Positions 47,677 to 57,245 of a stretch of DNA of 64,000 bases are shown here, in pieces. The stretch comes from an uncultured virus (IMG/VR IMGVR_UViG_3300022921_000003) (Duplodnaviria; Heunggongvirae; Uroviricota; Caudoviricetes). The translations under genes were made by a program, and so were the position numbers. The notes beneath the pieces were generated by a model. The model saw only the letters and a list, made by a program, of their open reading frames with translations. It searched no databases and was not told where the DNA came from. The stretch lies in IMG/VR virus record IMGVR_UViG_3300022921_000003; one strand, 5' to 3'. Each line of letters opens with the position of its first letter. Position 1 is the stretch's first letter.

Positions 47677-48333
47677 CTATTTAGAAAGGTTTGTCAAGGA
47701 ATATCCTACACGAATATCAGATAAATATCCACTAGCATCGTATCTCTCAGGATGCTCATTAGGAAAGTCAGGTTCTACACCATCACTCTCCCATACTGGG
47801 TATAGAGTGTATCCAATAGGTTTATCGTGAAAGATATCGTTTCCTGTTCGTAGGTGTACCTCAATAACCTTATCACCAATCATTTCTATATTAAGGTTTT
47901 TGACACCTTCAAGTTCATTCATCCAATTTGGCAGTATAAATTCTCTATTCCAAGTCTTTGTCCAACTCTTGAAACGAACAAGGTTTTCTTTGTTAGATTC
48001 ACCGACAATGGTACAGAATGGTTTCCAGTAACCAGCACTTCTCTCAAAGTCAACACTTTTGTGAGTACCTTTGAATGTCTCACACCAGAAATGGCCTGGG
48101 GGAACAAGTGCATGTTCTTCCATTTCTTTTGCCTGTGATATGTCTATGTGAATTATTTTTGCACCAAGACCCATTCCATACAGATTGTAGATGGGTCGTA
48201 TGATGTAGTCACCAGACTTTGTAATTGGAATACAAGCTGGTCCTGCATCGTGTCCAAACTTCAGTGCAATTTCAAGTTTGTTGAATATCCACCTGTGTTG
48301 TGGATACTCTTTCCATGCGTCATCATCGTCCAT
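47677..48333 (-). CDS. ATP-grasp-like conserved phage protein
   Basis: W.FNKL, IRPI.NL.GMG.GA, FW.E.F.G.H.S.D and N.E.IG...IE.HLR. Confidence 0.55.
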   Translation of the reverse strand: MDDDDAWKEYPQHRWIFNKLEIALKFGHDAGPACIPITKSGDYIIRPIYNLYGMGLGAKIIHIDISQAKEMEEHALVPPGHFWCETFKGTHKSVDFERSAGYWKPFCTIVGESNKENLVRFKSWTKTWNREFILPNWMNELEGVKNLNIEMIGDKVIEVHLRTGNDIFHDKPIGYTLYPVWESDGVEPDFPNEHPERYDASGYLSDIRVGYSLTNLSK

Positions 48334-48341
48334 AAAGTTAT

Positions 48342-49301
48342 TTAGTAACCGTTTGGAATAATAATGTAGTGAATGAACAGAACGATACCCACACTCGCAC
48401 CAAGACCAATCATCATCTTCATAAAATCTCTAGTCACAAGAGGGAATACCTGTTTCATTTTGGTATTATAAACTGTGGCAATCGCAAGTTCTCGTCCTGT
48501 CAGTAGTCCAACAAATACCCATGTAGTTGACATTGGAATAGAGTTGAGTTCCTTGAAGAAATATAGGATGACAAAGTACACAAGGTCAATCAAAGTAGCA
48601 GATCGAATATATCGTGTTGTCTGTTTCTCCAGAACAATGTTCTGAATCTTACCACCACCCTCTCTAAACATAAATCCAAGAAGAACTATAAAGACAAAAC
48701 TGATCATAATCATCATGTCCCACGATACTTGTCTTGGCAGAAACACGGCGATGTTTGCCATATCGTGACTCAACCAAGTCCACCAGAGAAGTCCAGTTGT
48801 ACACCACTGAGCAACTCTCCAATATGGGCGTGACCAGTGATCGCCGATTGGTTTCTTCTCATTGATTACTCGACTGATAATGTGCCAGAGTGCATATGCA
48901 GCAACAGCAGCAATCGCATAACCCATGATAGATTTCATGAGCATCTTTTCAAGTACGAATGTAGAAGCAAATGCTGAGAGAACAAGGAATGATGTAGAGA
49001 CAGGGACACCCACACGAGTCAGAAGTAAAAGGATTGCTGGAGCCGCAGCATGATACCATTGTATCTCTTGAAACGGTATCTTAGTCAATCGTCCATACGA
49101 TATGTCACCTCCGTGCATATACCAACCAAACCAAAGAGCCCATAATAAAACCGCCGAAGCGGTTAACCAAAGAATCTTCCAATTAAAGCGTTCGTTGTTA
49201 GATGCAATCCAAGTACCAAGTGTCTGTACTGAATCGTTGGCGATAACTGAGTATGCGGCAAGTAAGAATCCAATTACCATCCAAAGTGTGAGTTGGTCCA
49301 T
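48342..49301 (-). CDS. PiT/PHO4-like inorganic phosphate transporter
   Basis: Multi-TM; duplicated ANDSVQ/HDMAN and PVSTS/PMSTT motifs resembling PiT signatures. Confidence 0.6.
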   Translation of the reverse strand: MDQLTLWMVIGFLLAAYSVIANDSVQTLGTWIASNNERFNWKILWLTASAVLLWALWFGWYMHGGDISYGRLTKIPFQEIQWYHAAAPAILLLLTRVGVPVSTSFLVLSAFASTFVLEKMLMKSIMGYAIAAVAAYALWHIISRVINEKKPIGDHWSRPYWRVAQWCTTGLLWWTWLSHDMANIAVFLPRQVSWDMMIMISFVFIVLLGFMFREGGGKIQNIVLEKQTTRYIRSATLIDLVYFVILYFFKELNSIPMSTTWVFVGLLTGRELAIATVYNTKMKQVFPLVTRDFMKMMIGLGASVGIVLFIHYIIIPNGY

Positions 49302-49342
49302 GTGTGTCTCCTATAACATTATGTATATCGAATTTTTGAATT

Positions 49343-49360
49343 GTAACAAAAATTTAACAA
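49343..49360 (-). promoter_or_regulatory. Pho-box-like direct repeat
   Basis: TTGTTAA-ATTT-TTGTTAC, 11-bp period, upstream of the PiT-like gene. Confidence 0.35.
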
Positions 49361-49369
49361 AAAAACAAG

Positions 49370-51448
49370 TCACTTCGTGGTAGCAATGAACACACCATTC
49401 CAATCTTCGGGTAGAGGCTGGGTCTTCATGAATTCACAACGTTCAATCCACATATCGTAATATCCCTGCATCTTACCATCAAACTCATTGTACAGATCAT
49501 TACACCATTTGATTGCAAGGTCAAACTGCTGATTCTTGTAGAGTTCATGCATCTTCTCATGTTGATTTTCTGCCATACCCCAATTTGTGTTCTTCATCAT
49601 ATAATCCATATCACTCAGCACTGTATAGATACGAATACCCACAGACTTACCCTTAACGGCAAGTTCATCTACCTTAAGATAGAAGAAGTCGTCCTTGGTC
49701 TTATCATAGGTTGCCTCACCTACGAGTAACAGACATCCATACTCTTTACACTTGGATTCTATACGAGCAGCAGTTGATACCGCATCACCTAGAACATCAT
49801 ACGAATGACGTTTGGTACTTCCCATCTCTCCAAGGTAACCAAGGCCAGTATTAATACCGGCACCCATACCGACAGGAGGACGACCTTCAGAAGTGATTTT
49901 TTCATTGAATTTCTCCACTGCATCCAACATGAGTAGACCTGTCTTAACTGCACTCTTTGGATGGTCTGGATCATCAATAGGGGCATTGTGAACGTGCATA
50001 GATGCATCACCGATATACTTGATCACCATACCGTCAGCATCAAGAATTGGTTGAGTGATTGCGTCCATGTACCCATTCATGATTTCAGTCAATCCCTTAA
50101 CATCGTCACCGAATGATTCACCAAGAGGTGTGAACCCTCGTAGGTCTGAGAAGCAAATAGAAATCTCCTTCTTCATACCATCCTTGATGAGTGCAGGGTT
50201 CTCTTGCAGTAGACGAACCACAGTTGGGGATGCATATCCTGCAAACTGTTTCTTGATTTCCATCTTCTGTTTGTATTCAGACATGAACCGCATGAACGCA
50301 GCAATGGCCCAAACGAAAAACATACCAAGTGCTGGATAGGACCAATCAATAAGATATCCTTGACCGAACAGATAGGAACTGGTAAAGAACGAACCAACAA
50401 TTAGCACTGGTGCAATCAAACTTACGAACCAAGGAAACACCAGAACGACAACAGCAAGAATTGCACCACCGATTGCAACTGCACCAATCTCTGCAAAGTC
50501 AGACCACCAAGGACGAGAGATATTTGTCCCTGTCATCATCGTTGCAATGGATGTGGCGATAACATCGTGTCCCTGTAGAACACCAACAGGAGTTGCAACA
50601 GGGTTGTCGATACCAGATGCAGTTGGGGATAGAATTACAATCTTACCTTGCACAAATGGTTCTTCTGCATTTGGATCAATATCTGCAAGACTCATTGTTT
50701 TGGTTTTGTATTGGAAGTCAATCCAGATGGACCCATTTGCGTCCGTGATGATTTTAGAGAACTTGGGAATACGAAGTGCCTCGACACCAGCCTCACCACT
50801 TGCCTTCATCTGGTAGGATGGGTCACCCGCTGCAACTCGTAGAGTTTCTAGTGAGATGGATGGAAATAGTTGGTTATTGATTTGCACCACAAGGGGAAGT
50901 CTACGAAGGACACCATCTGCCTCTGGTGGACTACTCATCATACCCACACCAGCTGCAGCATTACCGATTACTTTAACTGGTCCGACAGCAGAATTGTATT
51001 CGTAAATCCAGTTTGTCCAAGGTGGGTCTTCTCCATTACCACCAATGACTGCAACACCTCTAGGAACTGGATTACCCTTTGCCTCGTTGGCGGGTATCTG
51101 ACCGATAACTACAGGTAAGGCAACAATTGATTTAGCAAAATCCAAATCCTTACCACCACGGTCTGGTTGTGAAAATAGAATAGGCATGACAACCATACCA
51201 GCACCAGACTGAAAGAGTTTAATCAACTCTTCCTGCATGATTTCTCTGGGCCATGGCCATTGACCATTCTTATCCATCGTCTTGTTGTCAATCTCGACAG
51301 TAACGATGTCTTCCAGAATTACAGTCTCTTGATTTTGTTGGTGAACGTCCAGTGCTTTCATTCGCACTGTCTCTAAAATCCAAGGATCAGAATATCTCAA
51401 TCCCACTACAGATAATAATAAAACTAATGTTACAATCCACTTTTTCAT
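49370..51448 (-). CDS. CHASE2-domain class III adenylate/guanylate cyclase
   Basis: GQWPWPR, DGVLRR.PL (CHASE2); three TMs; FSDLRGFT, KYIGD, GINTG, LGDAVSTAARIES. Confidence 0.92.
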   Translation of the reverse strand: MKKWIVTLVLLLSVVGLRYSDPWILETVRMKALDVHQQNQETVILEDIVTVEIDNKTMDKNGQWPWPREIMQEELIKLFQSGAGMVVMPILFSQPDRGGKDLDFAKSIVALPVVIGQIPANEAKGNPVPRGVAVIGGNGEDPPWTNWIYEYNSAVGPVKVIGNAAAGVGMMSSPPEADGVLRRLPLVVQINNQLFPSISLETLRVAAGDPSYQMKASGEAGVEALRIPKFSKIITDANGSIWIDFQYKTKTMSLADIDPNAEEPFVQGKIVILSPTASGIDNPVATPVGVLQGHDVIATSIATMMTGTNISRPWWSDFAEIGAVAIGGAILAVVVLVFPWFVSLIAPVLIVGSFFTSSYLFGQGYLIDWSYPALGMFFVWAIAAFMRFMSEYKQKMEIKKQFAGYASPTVVRLLQENPALIKDGMKKEISICFSDLRGFTPLGESFGDDVKGLTEIMNGYMDAITQPILDADGMVIKYIGDASMHVHNAPIDDPDHPKSAVKTGLLMLDAVEKFNEKITSEGRPPVGMGAGINTGLGYLGEMGSTKRHSYDVLGDAVSTAARIESKCKEYGCLLLVGEATYDKTKDDFFYLKVDELAVKGKSVGIRIYTVLSDMDYMMKNTNWGMAENQHEKMHELYKNQQFDLAIKWCNDLYNEFDGKMQGYYDMWIERCEFMKTQPLPEDWNGVFIATTK

Positions 51449-51449
51449 C

Positions 51450-52253
51450 TTACTGTCCTTGTGTTACTGATACAGAGCATCCTCCAGAGGTCTGACAGTC
51501 TTGTGTCAAACTATATGATTGTGCGGTAGTACCTTGTTGCAACATATATAGGTTTGTTGCATACGAACCACCTATCGTAACTGTAGCACTGTGAGTTGCA
51601 CTTCCCTTTTGTATCATATCAACATCATTATTAGAATTGTTGATGGTTAAGTTAAGTGTTTTATCTTGGTTACTTTCCTGTCTCGTATAAACATCATTAT
51701 TACTACCATAGATATTTGTAATGTTTGAATGTTCGTGTCCTGAGTTATTTGATCGTTGGCTTCCCAAAAACGTATTGTTAGAACCATGAATATCTAATCT
51801 TGTAAAATGCCCACCATATTCATAATCATCTATACTATGTAGTGTTCCGTCAGCATCAACTCTGTATCCTTGATAAAAGTCAACATCATTAGAATTGCCT
51901 GCTATGTGAAACTCAAACTTATCACCGCCACATGGAGATTGATTACAGGTCTGTGTAACATTTAGATTGTTGCTGTCACCATCCAAGTCACCACCCCATG
52001 ATGCACCACTACCCCATGCTGAGGTATATCCAACATAACTATTGTCACCTTTTTGGTCAATGTCTACTGTATTACTCGTACCACCAAAACTAAAGTTTAC
52101 CTCGTTGTTACTACCCTCTACAGAGACAGCAATGCTGTTTGAGTTACCACTGGTAACCTGTTCAATAGTTACCGCATTGTCTGCGAGTGCTTCAGTTCTG
52201 ATTAATAATAATGAGAGAATCAGAAGCGTTTTCTTGGGTATGGAGTGTAACAT
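51450..52253 (-). CDS. Curlin-repeat protein (CsgA/CsgB-like)
   Basis: Signal peptide; repeated N....I.Q.G..N units. Confidence 0.7.
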   Translation of the reverse strand: MLHSIPKKTLLILSLLLIRTEALADNAVTIEQVTSGNSNSIAVSVEGSNNEVNFSFGGTSNTVDIDQKGDNSYVGYTSAWGSGASWGGDLDGDSNNLNVTQTCNQSPCGGDKFEFHIAGNSNDVDFYQGYRVDADGTLHSIDDYEYGGHFTRLDIHGSNNTFLGSQRSNNSGHEHSNITNIYGSNNDVYTRQESNQDKTLNLTINNSNNDVDMIQKGSATHSATVTIGGSYATNLYMLQQGTTAQSYSLTQDCQTSGGCSVSVTQGQ

Positions 52254-53253
52254 TACTGCCTGCCTGATTTAGTTGTATTTGTGTCTGTGAGTTTTCACCC
52301 ACAGTGATTTCAACTATTCTGTTATCAAAGTTTCTGAAGATGTACCATTCACCTTCTTTGAATATCTGTGTATTTCCTTCTTCATACGAGCCTGGTTTGA
52401 TTGGGTTTGTGGGAAATGATTCCACATTTGCAAACATTCGTCTGTTGAGTGCATCTAGAATATTTGCAAGTAGATCAACGTCAAGAAGGTTAAAATCCAA
52501 TCGTCCAAAAACCAACTCATCTTTGTCTAGTGCATTTTCATCCAACGCATTTATATCCAACTCGTTGAAGTCTAGAATATTTTTTGCCTCCGCACCACCT
52601 TCCTCTTCTTTCTCCTTTGGTTTCCTGATGATTAAAAGATTGTTTATCTGTGCATCTGTCAAGTCTAGAATGACAGGGGGTGTTGGATTGTTCTCTGCGG
52701 CACCAACAACTGTGGCTTGATATGCCTGATTGAGTATCACTTGTCCTACGTCTGACTCAACTGATATCTCTCCCACACTTCCATCTGCATTGGGTAACAG
52801 AATGATGAGGGACTTACCAATCTCGTCAACTGTCATACTGAATGCAGTTCCAAGAACACCAATCCTTGCGGTGGGTGTACTAATTGCGACTGCCTGACGA
52901 TTGTTCTTTGCGATCAACCCACTTGCATATTTCACTGTGCCTAGTGCAACCTTGAGTCCAAGTTTACTTGTCGTAGGTTTACTCGCATCATACACGAAAT
53001 CATCAATGATAAGTTTACTGTGCTTCTCTATCTGCACCTTTGTCTTATCATCAAAACCAATGCCGACCACACCGTTACCAGTGCGAATATCATCATTCAT
53101 CTCAATACCAGTGTCTCTCTTTACGTCAAGTTTCTCCTTACTTCGAAAGAGTTCTGCTGGTCCTGTTGCCTTCTCTACTGACCCTACTGCTGCAAACGAA
53201 CTAGTCGGTAACAGTAATAGTGACAGAAGAACTACTGCCGTCCGTTGTAACAT
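52192..53253 (-). CDS. FecR-domain secreted protein
   Basis: D.I.T......I.F.D.T.......S.L.ID.F.YD and TPTA.IGV.GT.F. Confidence 0.85.
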   Translation of the reverse strand: MLQRTAVVLLSLLLLPTSSFAAVGSVEKATGPAELFRSKEKLDVKRDTGIEMNDDIRTGNGVVGIGFDDKTKVQIEKHSKLIIDDFVYDASKPTTSKLGLKVALGTVKYASGLIAKNNRQAVAISTPTARIGVLGTAFSMTVDEIGKSLIILLPNADGSVGEISVESDVGQVILNQAYQATVVGAAENNPTPPVILDLTDAQINNLLIIRKPKEKEEEGGAEAKNILDFNELDINALDENALDKDELVFGRLDFNLLDVDLLANILDALNRRMFANVESFPTNPIKPGSYEEGNTQIFKEGEWYIFRNFDNRIVEITVGENSQTQIQLNQAGSNVTLHTQENASDSLIIINQN

Positions 53254-53902
53254 CTACCGTACTTGCCTCTGCACCAGATTGTGTAATACTTGCAGTATTA
53301 CTGGAGCCTGTCATGTTTAGTGTTGTATCATGTTGTGACGCACCACTCTTGGTGATGGTCACTGTATTTGTACTACCTGTGATATCAACATCTGTTAGTT
53401 TATCTGTGATACTTGCAGCAGTTGAGTTTTCTGTAATCGTTACATCATTACTGCCACCACTGATATCTACATCAATATCAACATCGTCAACACCACTGGC
53501 AGTGTTACCAACATTAGTACTAACTGTGTTACTATTACCACCGCTGGCGTTGATTGTAATATTCACATCATCACTACCACCATTCGAACCACCCGTTGTA
53601 CCAACTTCAATGTCAATATCAGAACTGTTACCTGTGATGTTAGATGTGATGTTCGCAGTATCACCATAGATGTCATAATCTAGGGTGTTACTCGTACCCA
53701 CTTGGTCGATGTCCATTGTGGTTGTAGCACCATCACTGATACTTGCATCACCACTAGCACCGACACGGTTACTTGTACCGTCTTGGTTTATGTTTATTGT
53801 TGCGCTTGACCCTGTTTGGTCAATGTAAATCACGTTATCAGCATATGCTGATGGTATCATAGTTAACAATGCTAAAGCCGCAACTGTTAACCTTGTTCTC
53901 AT
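53201..53902 (-). CDS. Curlin-repeat protein (CsgA-like)
   Basis: Signal peptide; NVIYIDQTG...ININQDG..N and G..N...I.Q repeats; Ser/Thr/Asp/Asn/Gly rich. Confidence 0.75.
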   Translation of the reverse strand: MRTRLTVAALALLTMIPSAYADNVIYIDQTGSSATININQDGTSNRVGASGDASISDGATTTMDIDQVGTSNTLDYDIYGDTANITSNITGNSSDIDIEVGTTGGSNGGSDDVNITINASGGNSNTVSTNVGNTASGVDDVDIDVDISGGSNDVTITENSTAASITDKLTDVDITGSTNTVTITKSGASQHDTTLNMTGSSNTASITQSGAEASTVDVTTDGSSSSVTITVTD

Positions 53903-54690
53903 TGAGTCTCTCCTTTATAGTCCCAGAGTTTTTTTCTTCTACCTTCTTCCACCATTGCAATCACCGCCTTTTCAATACCCTGTCTCACGGCATAATTTAC
54001 TGGTTCATTCGTAGAAGTTCCCGCTTCAATCTCCAGAACTTTTGTTCCCATATCATAGAACTTAAATACATTCACCCCCATGTTTGTACTAAGAATAGTT
54101 TTCTCTGTTGTAATTGCCATCAAAACCTCACCAGTTAAAACACTGACGACACGAAGTCCAATCGTTACAACATCCATTCTCCACTCTGTCATTGGACCGA
54201 TACCCATAACTCTGGCACCAAATCCACCAGTATACTTGTTAGAATCATAACCTACCACACCACCTTCGATCATAATTCCTGCAAACTGTAATGCCCCTAA
54301 TTCTTTTGCCTTCTCCCCATCAAATTTCTGTCTCGTATTTCTTATCAACTGTCTTTCTTTGATAAGATTGTCTAGTCCTGACCTCTCCACTACATTGAAG
54401 AACTTACCATCCGCCATGTCCATCAATGCTTTTATCAAATAAATTTCTGCACCCTGTGTAACTGCACTACTCAGATTTGCGATATTGTCTGCTGGTTTTC
54501 TTTGTCCTGTTTTATCAGTAAAAGAATACACAGCAACACTGACAGGTTTACCGTTTAATATCTGTGGGAAATCTCTAAGTTTATTTCCCATAGGTGTCTT
54601 TGCTATCTCAGGTGGTTGTGTGATAGCCTCCGCCGACATACATCCTGCTAATGTAAGTGACAACATCAAACATAATATTATCTTTCGCAT
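53899..54690 (-). CDS. csgG: Curli secretion channel CsgG
   Basis: Lipobox LAGC; AVY.F.D.TGQRKP, S.AVTQG, F.VVER.GL.NL..ERQ.IR, EGG.VGYD. Confidence 0.92.
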   Translation of the reverse strand: MRKIILCLMLSLTLAGCMSAEAITQPPEIAKTPMGNKLRDFPQILNGKPVSVAVYSFTDKTGQRKPADNIANLSSAVTQGAEIYLIKALMDMADGKFFNVVERSGLDNLIKERQLIRNTRQKFDGEKAKELGALQFAGIMIEGGVVGYDSNKYTGGFGARVMGIGPMTEWRMDVVTIGLRVVSVLTGEVLMAITTEKTILSTNMGVNVFKFYDMGTKVLEIEAGTSTNEPVNYAVRQGIEKAVIAMVEEGRRKKLWDYKGETQ

Positions 54691-54699
54691 CCATTCTTC

Positions 54700-55254
54700 C
54701 TAAAATCCAAATCCACTTGTTGGAATAACTAGAGTTGTTACTGTACCATCTGCGGCAGTTACAACTAATGAAACCTCGTCTCCAACCGTACTGTAAGCAA
54801 CTGTGTTTCCCATAATCTCAATTGTACCACTTTCCTCTGCGGCCTCTCCAAATAATTTCTCACTCAACTGTTTACTCAACTCTGCATACACTCTACTCTC
54901 AAAGTTCTTTAAGAACTTATTTAGATTGGTGTTCTCTGATTCTCTCTCTGCCTCTCTTCTTGCAGACTCTTCCTTCGCCTTGATATCCTGTTTTCTCTGA
55001 AACGTTAGGTTCTCAATTGTTAGAACATGTTGACTGTAACCGTTCCCTGTAAATACTGGTGACTTCCATGTGTGCTTCAACTCAGAACCATATGCAGCAG
55101 TCATCAGAAATAACCCAAGAAAAATTCCAAGAATTAGAGAGCAGATAAAAGTAGAAAAGTTGGAAAACAACATCTCCTTATATGTGTAAATGTATGGGTT
55201 AGATTTCCTTAATCTTTCCCATGCAAGTCTCTCAGTCTCGTTTTTGTACTTCAT
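54700..55254 (-). CDS. csgF: Curli assembly protein CsgF (start uncertain)
   Basis: EL.H...SP.F.G.G....L..E, F....ESRVY..LS..L...LFG; adjacent to csgG. Confidence 0.8.
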   Translation of the reverse strand: MKYKNETERLAWERLRKSNPYIYTYKEMLFSNFSTFICSLILGIFLGLFLMTAAYGSELKHTWKSPVFTGNGYSQHVLTIENLTFQRKQDIKAKEESARREAERESENTNLNKFLKNFESRVYAELSKQLSEKLFGEAAEESGTIEIMGNTVAYSTVGDEVSLVVTAADGTVTTLVIPTSGFGF

Positions 55255-55498
55255 CTTGCTTTTCCTTATCCAGATATTCCAAAATCATAGTAAGTTTTTG
55301 ATTCAGTCGTATTAAGTCATTATCCAACATACGAATACGATCAATCAAAGCAATCAAAGTAACATTCGCTTCATTAATTACAGGGTCAACTTCCTTCGTT
55401 GCCCAATTCCAAACATAGTACACAAAATACCCAAGTCCTACTGCTGCTACAATTGGAAATCCAAAATCTTTTATCAGTGCAGCAATATCCATCGTCAA
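55232..55498 (-). CDS. Small membrane protein (GFPI.A TM plus coiled coil)
   Basis: GFPIVAAVGLGYFVY; LDNDLIR. Confidence 0.65.
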   Translation of the reverse strand: MTMDIAALIKDFGFPIVAAVGLGYFVYYVWNWATKEVDPVINEANVTLIALIDRIRMLDNDLIRLNQKLTMILEYLDKEKQDEVQKRD

Positions 55499-55779
55499 TC
55501 TTTCCTCGTATCATTTTTACCATCAGCACGAGCAATACGGCTGATGTCTGGTTTCACACCAAATGCGGTACTCATCAATGTATCAATTCGGATAATATCA
55601 TGGTTCATGGTTTGTACTCTGTTGTCGAGGGCACCAATGATACCCTTCATGCGACCAACAGAGTCCATGACACCATTTAAAATAAAACGCATTGTCAGAA
55701 ATACGAAATACCCACCGGCGCAGGCTGCAGCGATGGGGAATCCGACCTCTTTTATAAAGTCGAAAATACTTGGTTCCAT
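55495..55779 (-). CDS. Small membrane protein, paralog of 55232-55498
   Basis: GFPIAAACAGGYFVF; MNHDIIRID. Confidence 0.65.
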   Translation of the reverse strand: MEPSIFDFIKEVGFPIAAACAGGYFVFLTMRFILNGVMDSVGRMKGIIGALDNRVQTMNHDIIRIDTLMSTAFGVKPDISRIARADGKNDTRKD

Positions 55780-55801
55780 ATCAACTCCAAGAGTTAGATG
55801 T

Positions 55802-56347
55802 TTAGGACCAATTCAAAATCATGTAGTTATTGTCAAGACCATAAGTATGAACATGAGTATAAACACTTCTAGGTGCATGTCTATTTATCATTTCAACCCA
55901 CCAATCCATCGGCTCAATTGTACAATGTGCATTTTCACCATTGGGTAATATTGTCACGGCAGGTCGAGTACATATACCTAAAAACACAAATTTCTGTGCA
56001 TTACTATATATGTATTCAAAGATTGACGGAATTATCTCTCTAGGGATATGTTCCATAACATCTGTGGAATAGATACCGTCAAATGGACCTTCTGGTAGGT
56101 TTTCATACTCTGGTACTGCTGGGTCATAAAGTGTTGGCATAAAACCCCACTCTTCGTGTAGTTTCTCAACTGTGTACTGCCGAGCCTTACCACATCCATA
56201 GTCTAGGAGTGTTTTAGAGCCTGTCTCTTGCACCAAATGTGCAACGAGATTGTGTTGGTGTTTATAAGAATTGCCTGGGAACTTTGTAGTATCACTGTGG
56301 TGCAGTTTATACTGTTCTATGTATTTCTGTTCAATCTCTTTCATCAT
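55802..56347 (-). CDS. Class I SAM-dependent methyltransferase
   Basis: LLDYGCGK, YDPA, DVMEHIP, NAH....WW. Confidence 0.85.
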   Translation of the reverse strand: MMKEIEQKYIEQYKLHHSDTTKFPGNSYKHQHNLVAHLVQETGSKTLLDYGCGKARQYTVEKLHEEWGFMPTLYDPAVPEYENLPEGPFDGIYSTDVMEHIPREIIPSIFEYIYSNAQKFVFLGICTRPAVTILPNGENAHCTIEPMDWWVEMINRHAPRSVYTHVHTYGLDNNYMILNWS

Positions 56348-56669
56348 GTAGTCTCACGAAATATTCTGCGTCAATAACGACAAGTGGTTTACTGTTGTTT
56401 CTTTTGATTATCAATAGAGGTTCGTAGTTACCAGAGTTCTCTGTTGCCTGTTCGTATGACTTCCATACGTTCACTGCCTCTTGGTTCTTACATTCAATTG
56501 AGTAAGGAAACTTCTCTCTCGCAGCACGGGCCATGATGAGGTCTTCACCCCCTGCACCCATACTGCGAGACTCAATATCTTCTGGATGTACTTTCAGTTC
56601 TTCGATTAATAGATTGCGAACCCACTGTTGAAGTCTGCGTCCTTTTGCCTTTGCACTTTGAGTCTTCAT
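56331..56669 (-). CDS. Putative endonuclease/Holliday-junction-resolvase-like protein
   Basis: S.KAKGR.LQ, SMGAGGED and SIECKN. Confidence 0.65.
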   Translation of the reverse strand: MKTQSAKAKGRRLQQWVRNLLIEELKVHPEDIESRSMGAGGEDLIMARAAREKFPYSIECKNQEAVNVWKSYEQATENSGNYEPLLIIKRNNSKPLVVIDAEYFVRLHDERD

Positions 56670-57100
56670 GGACACACCGTTATGTCTTTAACTCTGTATG
56701 GTTGATTAAGAATCCAATCAATCACACTCACACAATATGATACTGTCATTTTTGGTGCATCAATATGAGCAACTCTTTCAGTATCAAAACGACCAAATCT
56801 CACAATCGTCGTATTTATTCCAAGATAATATAATTGATCGTTAGCAAAGTCTAGTGCTGCTTTCTCAGTTGGATAAGTTCTAATCCTATTTCCACGTTGA
56901 TCAGGTGAGTTTGATCCTATGTTGATTATACGTTTGTTGAGTTCAGCAGCCTTATACAACAGTTCAACTTGTTGAAACCCATCGTGTTTGTTGTTTATGA
57001 AAACGTCACATTCTTCTAGGGTGTCTACCGTGTCATAGAATGTACTAAGTGCTTTACCAAGACCCCTTCGTGTTCCATTAATATAAAAATTAGTCGTCAT
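56666..57100 (-). CDS. Short SDR-like NAD(P)-binding protein
   Basis: GT.RGLG, FINN, IINIGS, Y...K. Confidence 0.6.
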   Translation of the reverse strand: MTTNFYINGTRRGLGKALSTFYDTVDTLEECDVFINNKHDGFQQVELLYKAAELNKRIINIGSNSPDQRGNRIRTYPTEKAALDFANDQLYYLGINTTIVRFGRFDTERVAHIDAPKMTVSYCVSVIDWILNQPYRVKDITVCP

Positions 57101-57245
57101 CCTCTTCCCATTCTATATCATGCTCAAGTTCGTCTTCCAAACCCTCACCACAGAATGGGCAAAATGAAATCATGTAGTAATCATCATCCATATGATGTTT
57201 AATCTGACACTCTGCTTCACATGATTCACATACTACTAATTTCAT
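57090..57245 (-). CDS. Small zinc-ribbon protein
   Basis: CESC...CPFCG. Confidence 0.6.
   Translation of the reverse strand: MKLVVCESCEAECQIKHHMDDDYYMISFCPFCGEGLEDELEHDIEWEEDDD

Noticed and set aside
48342..55779. Bacterial contamination or chimeric contig for the curli/cyclase block
   Set aside because: Genes are tightly packed, co-oriented and compositionally similar to flanking phage genes, with no bacterial housekeeping context; read-level confirmation is still advisable.
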